A DNA stretch of 35,097 bases, taken from a virus. Its lineage: Duplodnaviria > Caudoviricetes. Of this stretch, positions 32,134-35,097 are shown piece after piece. The notes beneath the pieces were generated by a model. The model saw only the letters and a list, made by a program, of their open reading frames with translations, was not told the origin of the DNA and did no database searches. Numbering within the stretch: position 1 is the first letter of the stretch; each line of letters opens with the position of its first letter. The stretch covers positions 1 through 35,097 of IMG/VR virus record IMGVR_UViG_3300030419_002509, one strand, 5' to 3'. Both the position numbers and the translations under genes were made by a program.

Positions 32134-32462
32134 GTGTATTCCTCCATGATAGCAGTAGGAACCTGTGGCCTCTCAAGCCACACAAATAATCCGCACGAAC
32201 AGCACGGATATATCTGATGCGCTACACCTTCAAGCATGATAGCGTTGATAGGTATTCCCGCATCGCAGTTCCCGCACTCGTCAATACTGTCGCGTGCTGA
32301 ACTGACAAATCGTATCTCTTCGGTACCCCACTCGGTACCTTCGGGTGTGTCAAATTGCTGACCGACAACGGTCACCCGTTGATTCGTTGTCGTTTTCCAA
32401 AACCCTTCTGCATCTATATTGCATGGGTGTATCGTTTCTTCATGATTCTCTTGCTCGTTCGT
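32130..32462 (-). CDS. Zinc-ribbon protein (start uncertain: ACG 32462 or GTG 32375)
   Basis: CGNC...CCSC; the frame is open upstream of 32375 to an ACG located 9 nt after GGAGG. Confidence 0.55.
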   Translation of the reverse strand, partial: TNEQENHEETIHPCNIDAEGFWKTTTNQRVTVVGQQFDTPEGTEWGTEEIRFVSSARDSIDECGNCDAGIPINAIMLEGVAHQIYPCCSCGLFVWLERPQVPTAIMEEYT

Positions 32463-32889
32463 GTTCGTCTCCCTCCGGCGCAGGGTGTTTAATGCCTGCC
32501 AACCGAAGTAGGCGAAGAGCGACCATCCTTTCAGCCTTACGGAAGCGTTTTTGTTGCGCTTCTGTCCATTGTTGATACGCTGAATACGGCGGACGGTGTA
32601 ATAAATCGGATGAAATACATTCCACTGCGAGGCTTGCTAGTATGCGTGCTTCTGCTTCGGGGATAGTGCGAGGGAACTCGGGTGAATCATACTCAATGTG
32701 TGAAGGTAACTCCGACAAAACATCAACATCGTCAGCCGAAGCCTTCATGGTGCGCCCCCTCTTCGTGGGAATCGGAGTGCGGGGTCTGACCTCCTTGGTT
32801 TCTAATTGGTTTCTCTCATTACCAACCTTTCCATCCCCCTCGCGCTCCACCTTTTCAAACTCGCCTGTGGTAGCGTTCCATATCTTCAC
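32440..32889 (-). CDS. Hypothetical protein
   Basis: GTGA coupling to the helicase gene; GGGGTGA RBS. Confidence 0.7.
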   Translation of the reverse strand: MKIWNATTGEFEKVEREGDGKVGNERNQLETKEVRPRTPIPTKRGRTMKASADDVDVLSELPSHIEYDSPEFPRTIPEAEARILASLAVECISSDLLHRPPYSAYQQWTEAQQKRFRKAERMVALRLLRLAGIKHPAPEGDEHERARES

Positions 32890-34859
32890 ACGCTCACCCC
32901 CGTCAAGGATGCAAGGAGACTCTTCACGATGTCGCCTTTCGCTCTCTCCTCAGCGTCACCGTCAAGCGCTCGCTTCACGACTTCTGCTTTGGCACTAACG
33001 ACTTTGTCAAAGTGTTCGTCAATACAATTCTGTGCTGATAGTATCACTTGGTGACACACGCTACTCTCCTGTGACATACGGCGCACTCGGTGTGCCGCTT
33101 GCTGTTCCCATGCGGGAACCCACTCACGCTCAACGAACAGGGTTGTGTCTGCGTTGGTTAGAGTGATGCCCTCCTTCGCTGCGAGCGTTGAGCATATAAG
33201 GAAGTCAAGGTCGCCCGCTTGGAACTCATCAACTAACTGCTGTCGCATTTCAGACGGTACTTCGCCCGTGATGCTACCGGTGCGCCACTCTTTCTCCAAC
33301 TCGCTACGAATAGCGTTGATAATGTCTCGGTGATGAGCGAATATGATTAGCGGTTTGCCTGTCTGTTTGTGGTAGTCTTCTGCCCACTCAACAGCATGAG
33401 TGACTTTCATTTGACCGCATAGATGGCGCAAGGCTGTCAATAAATTGAGCGCGTAGCCGGGCGGTATCGCACCGAGAGCGTTCAGCCTGTCGTACTCTTC
33501 CATCCATCGGTCATAGTCTGCATCGTAAGTAGCACGCTGCGCTTTAGTTAGTTCGCAAAGCACAGTAGTCTGCACGAGGTCGGGCATTGATTCTGCTATA
33601 CCTTCATCATCGTAGGTACGGCGAAGCATCAAGTCACGAAGCAAGTGGTTGAGTGGTACAGTCACACCATCATCGCTCTTGTCTATGTTGGTAGCACCCG
33701 CGGTGTCCCAACCCCAACCTGTGTGATATGCTCCTGCATATTTCTTCACGAAGTCAAACCAATTCGCGAAGGAACCGGGCATGAGCATCTTCAATACATT
33801 GTAAAACTCAGCGGGTCTGTTGAGGATAGGCGTGCCGCTAAGACATATCAGCCCTTTGACTGTCGGCCAGTTAGCGAGCCTAACACTCACCTTTGTACGC
33901 GCAGCCTTCTCATTTTTGAGGTAGTGCGACTCATCAAACACGATGCAATCAAAGTCAAGCGACTTCAATTCCTCTTCGCGCTTAGTGAGCAACTCGTAAT
34001 TGATAATCGTGAATGATTTGCCTGCTTCTATGGTGTCCTTACCGTTCTTCACGACTTGTCTGCTGTGCCACGGATACCATTTCTCACACTCAGCGAGCCA
34101 TGTGTATTTCACATTCGCCGGACAGACAATCAGAGTGTTGCTAAGCCCTGCCGCGTCTATACATAGCAACGCCTGTAATGTCTTACCCAATCCGGGTTCG
34201 TCTGCTATCAGTAGCCTGTGTTGGTCTCCCGCTATGAACATGGCAGGCGCAACCCACTGATGAGGGAACGGTTCTCCTTGATTCAAGGCCACTCGCTCTC
34301 TTACAGGCGTCTCATTTTCTAGCGCCACTGCTTGCGATAGCGATACTCTCTCCGCCGCCGCTTCAACATGACCGGCCACTTCGGGTAGGTCACGGATAGC
34401 CTGTGCGAGTTCAGCGTAGTGAGACTCAACAGCGTTAGCGATTTGGTGTGCGGCGTTGAGTGGTATGCTCCATACCTTAGTCTGCATATTGAAGTTAGCA
34501 TTACCGAGCGACTTTACCGCCGCGTTAATCTGTTTCCAATTAGGTTGGAAGGGATAGTCAAGGATGATTGCATCCGGCGCGCTGAACTTAGCGAGAGGTG
34601 GAGCCTCAACCACAGGTAGTTCGCCCACGAGTGGGGCGAAGTGATAGAATGGGGCGAGTGCTTCCACCGCTGTCTGTAAATCAGCAGGGGTGTCACGCAC
34701 ACCCCAACCTTTACGCACACCATCCCACTTACACGCAGGGAAAGGTAGCGCTGCCTTGAGCGCATCCTTCGCTTCGTTGTTGTAAGGAAAGATGAATGCG
34801 ACACGACTGTATGTGTTGCCGTTCCACTCTTCGCTGTAACGCTCAACTGCTACGCTCAT
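32886..34859 (-). CDS. SNF2-family ATPase with two N-terminal HARP-like domains (SMARCAL1-like)
   Basis: ADEPGLGKT, DESH, LSGTP, IFAHH, EGITL, QAAHRVRR; N-terminal repeats FPY..KWD...K.W and PFQ..NFN...K.W. Confidence 0.88.
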   Translation of the reverse strand: MSVAVERYSEEWNGNTYSRVAFIFPYNNEAKDALKAALPFPACKWDGVRKGWGVRDTPADLQTAVEALAPFYHFAPLVGELPVVEAPPLAKFSAPDAIILDYPFQPNWKQINAAVKSLGNANFNMQTKVWSIPLNAAHQIANAVESHYAELAQAIRDLPEVAGHVEAAAERVSLSQAVALENETPVRERVALNQGEPFPHQWVAPAMFIAGDQHRLLIADEPGLGKTLQALLCIDAAGLSNTLIVCPANVKYTWLAECEKWYPWHSRQVVKNGKDTIEAGKSFTIINYELLTKREEELKSLDFDCIVFDESHYLKNEKAARTKVSVRLANWPTVKGLICLSGTPILNRPAEFYNVLKMLMPGSFANWFDFVKKYAGAYHTGWGWDTAGATNIDKSDDGVTVPLNHLLRDLMLRRTYDDEGIAESMPDLVQTTVLCELTKAQRATYDADYDRWMEEYDRLNALGAIPPGYALNLLTALRHLCGQMKVTHAVEWAEDYHKQTGKPLIIFAHHRDIINAIRSELEKEWRTGSITGEVPSEMRQQLVDEFQAGDLDFLICSTLAAKEGITLTNADTTLFVEREWVPAWEQQAAHRVRRMSQESSVCHQVILSAQNCIDEHFDKVVSAKAEVVKRALDGDAEERAKGDIVKSLLASLTGVSV

Positions 34860-35097
34860 TCAAAACCACCTGTTCCCTTTAGCCACTCATCAAAAACTAC
34901 ATCTCCGGTATCAACCATCTCTCTCACATCACTTCTTACAAGTTCCATGATTTCTTTCCAAGTTCGGGTTCTTGTTTCCCTTTCTTCTTCTTTTGCATTG
35001 TCGTAGAGTATTTTCCAAGCCACCTCATACATACGCAACCGCTTGACTTCTGCGAGCAGTTCATCGTAAATATTGAGGTATCTTTTCCATGCCGCTT
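34856..35097 (-). CDS. Hypothetical protein (5'-partial)
   Basis: The frame of 34856..35038 stays open to the window edge (AAWKRYLNIYDELLAEVKRLRMYEV...). Confidence 0.6.
   Translation of the reverse strand, partial: AAWKRYLNIYDELLAEVKRLRMYEVAWKILYDNAKEEERETRTRTWKEIMELVRSDVREMVDTGDVVFDEWLKGTGGFE

Noticed and set aside
32372-32443. In-frame MKKRYTHAI-TAG-MQKGF... suggesting amber readthrough
   Set aside because: TAG serves as a normal stop elsewhere (e.g. 7996, 13800-region neighbours use standard stops), and the gap is better explained by upstream extension of the 32130 gene.
1-35097. tRNA/rRNA genes, integrase or att sites, or a cellular chromosome origin for the window
   Set aside because: Intergenic gaps are very short, with no cloverleaf or integrase recognised. 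The tightly coupled, divergent replication genes mixed with many small orphan ORFs indicate a virus. A tRNAscan run would confirm the absence of tRNAs.

Overview
This is a gene-dense fragment of an archaeal tailed dsDNA virus genome. The gene set (group II chaperonin, YGHTDS-type PolB, fused PriS-PriL primase, MCM-like helicase, RFC, PCNA, ERCC4 and Cas4-like nucleases), the GGAGGTGA-type RBSs and the archaeal TATA promoters most resemble magroviruses infecting Marine Group II/Poseidoniales; this host assignment is an inference. Positions 1-5253 (+) carry the end of a probable late/virion region and an HMG-CoA lyase auxiliary gene. Positions 5229-35097 (-) carry one long, translationally coupled replication, recombination and early region. 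Main points of interest: (1) two divergent paralogous ADP-ribosyltransferase-fold proteins (His-type and Arg-type first motif) beside a virion gene, and a short W-x-LLK N-terminal leader shared by one of them and an unrelated neighbour; (2) an origin-like structure (16-bp inverted repeat around an AT-rich core) between a degenerate LAGLIDADG gene and a 32-bp promoter that occurs twice; (3) accessory genes flanked by duplicated RBS/stop/start junctions; (4) a DNA ligase homolog lacking its catalytic lysine, two dissimilar sliding clamps, and a single-cyclin TFB-like protein. All calls come from motif reading by eye; no database searches were run.
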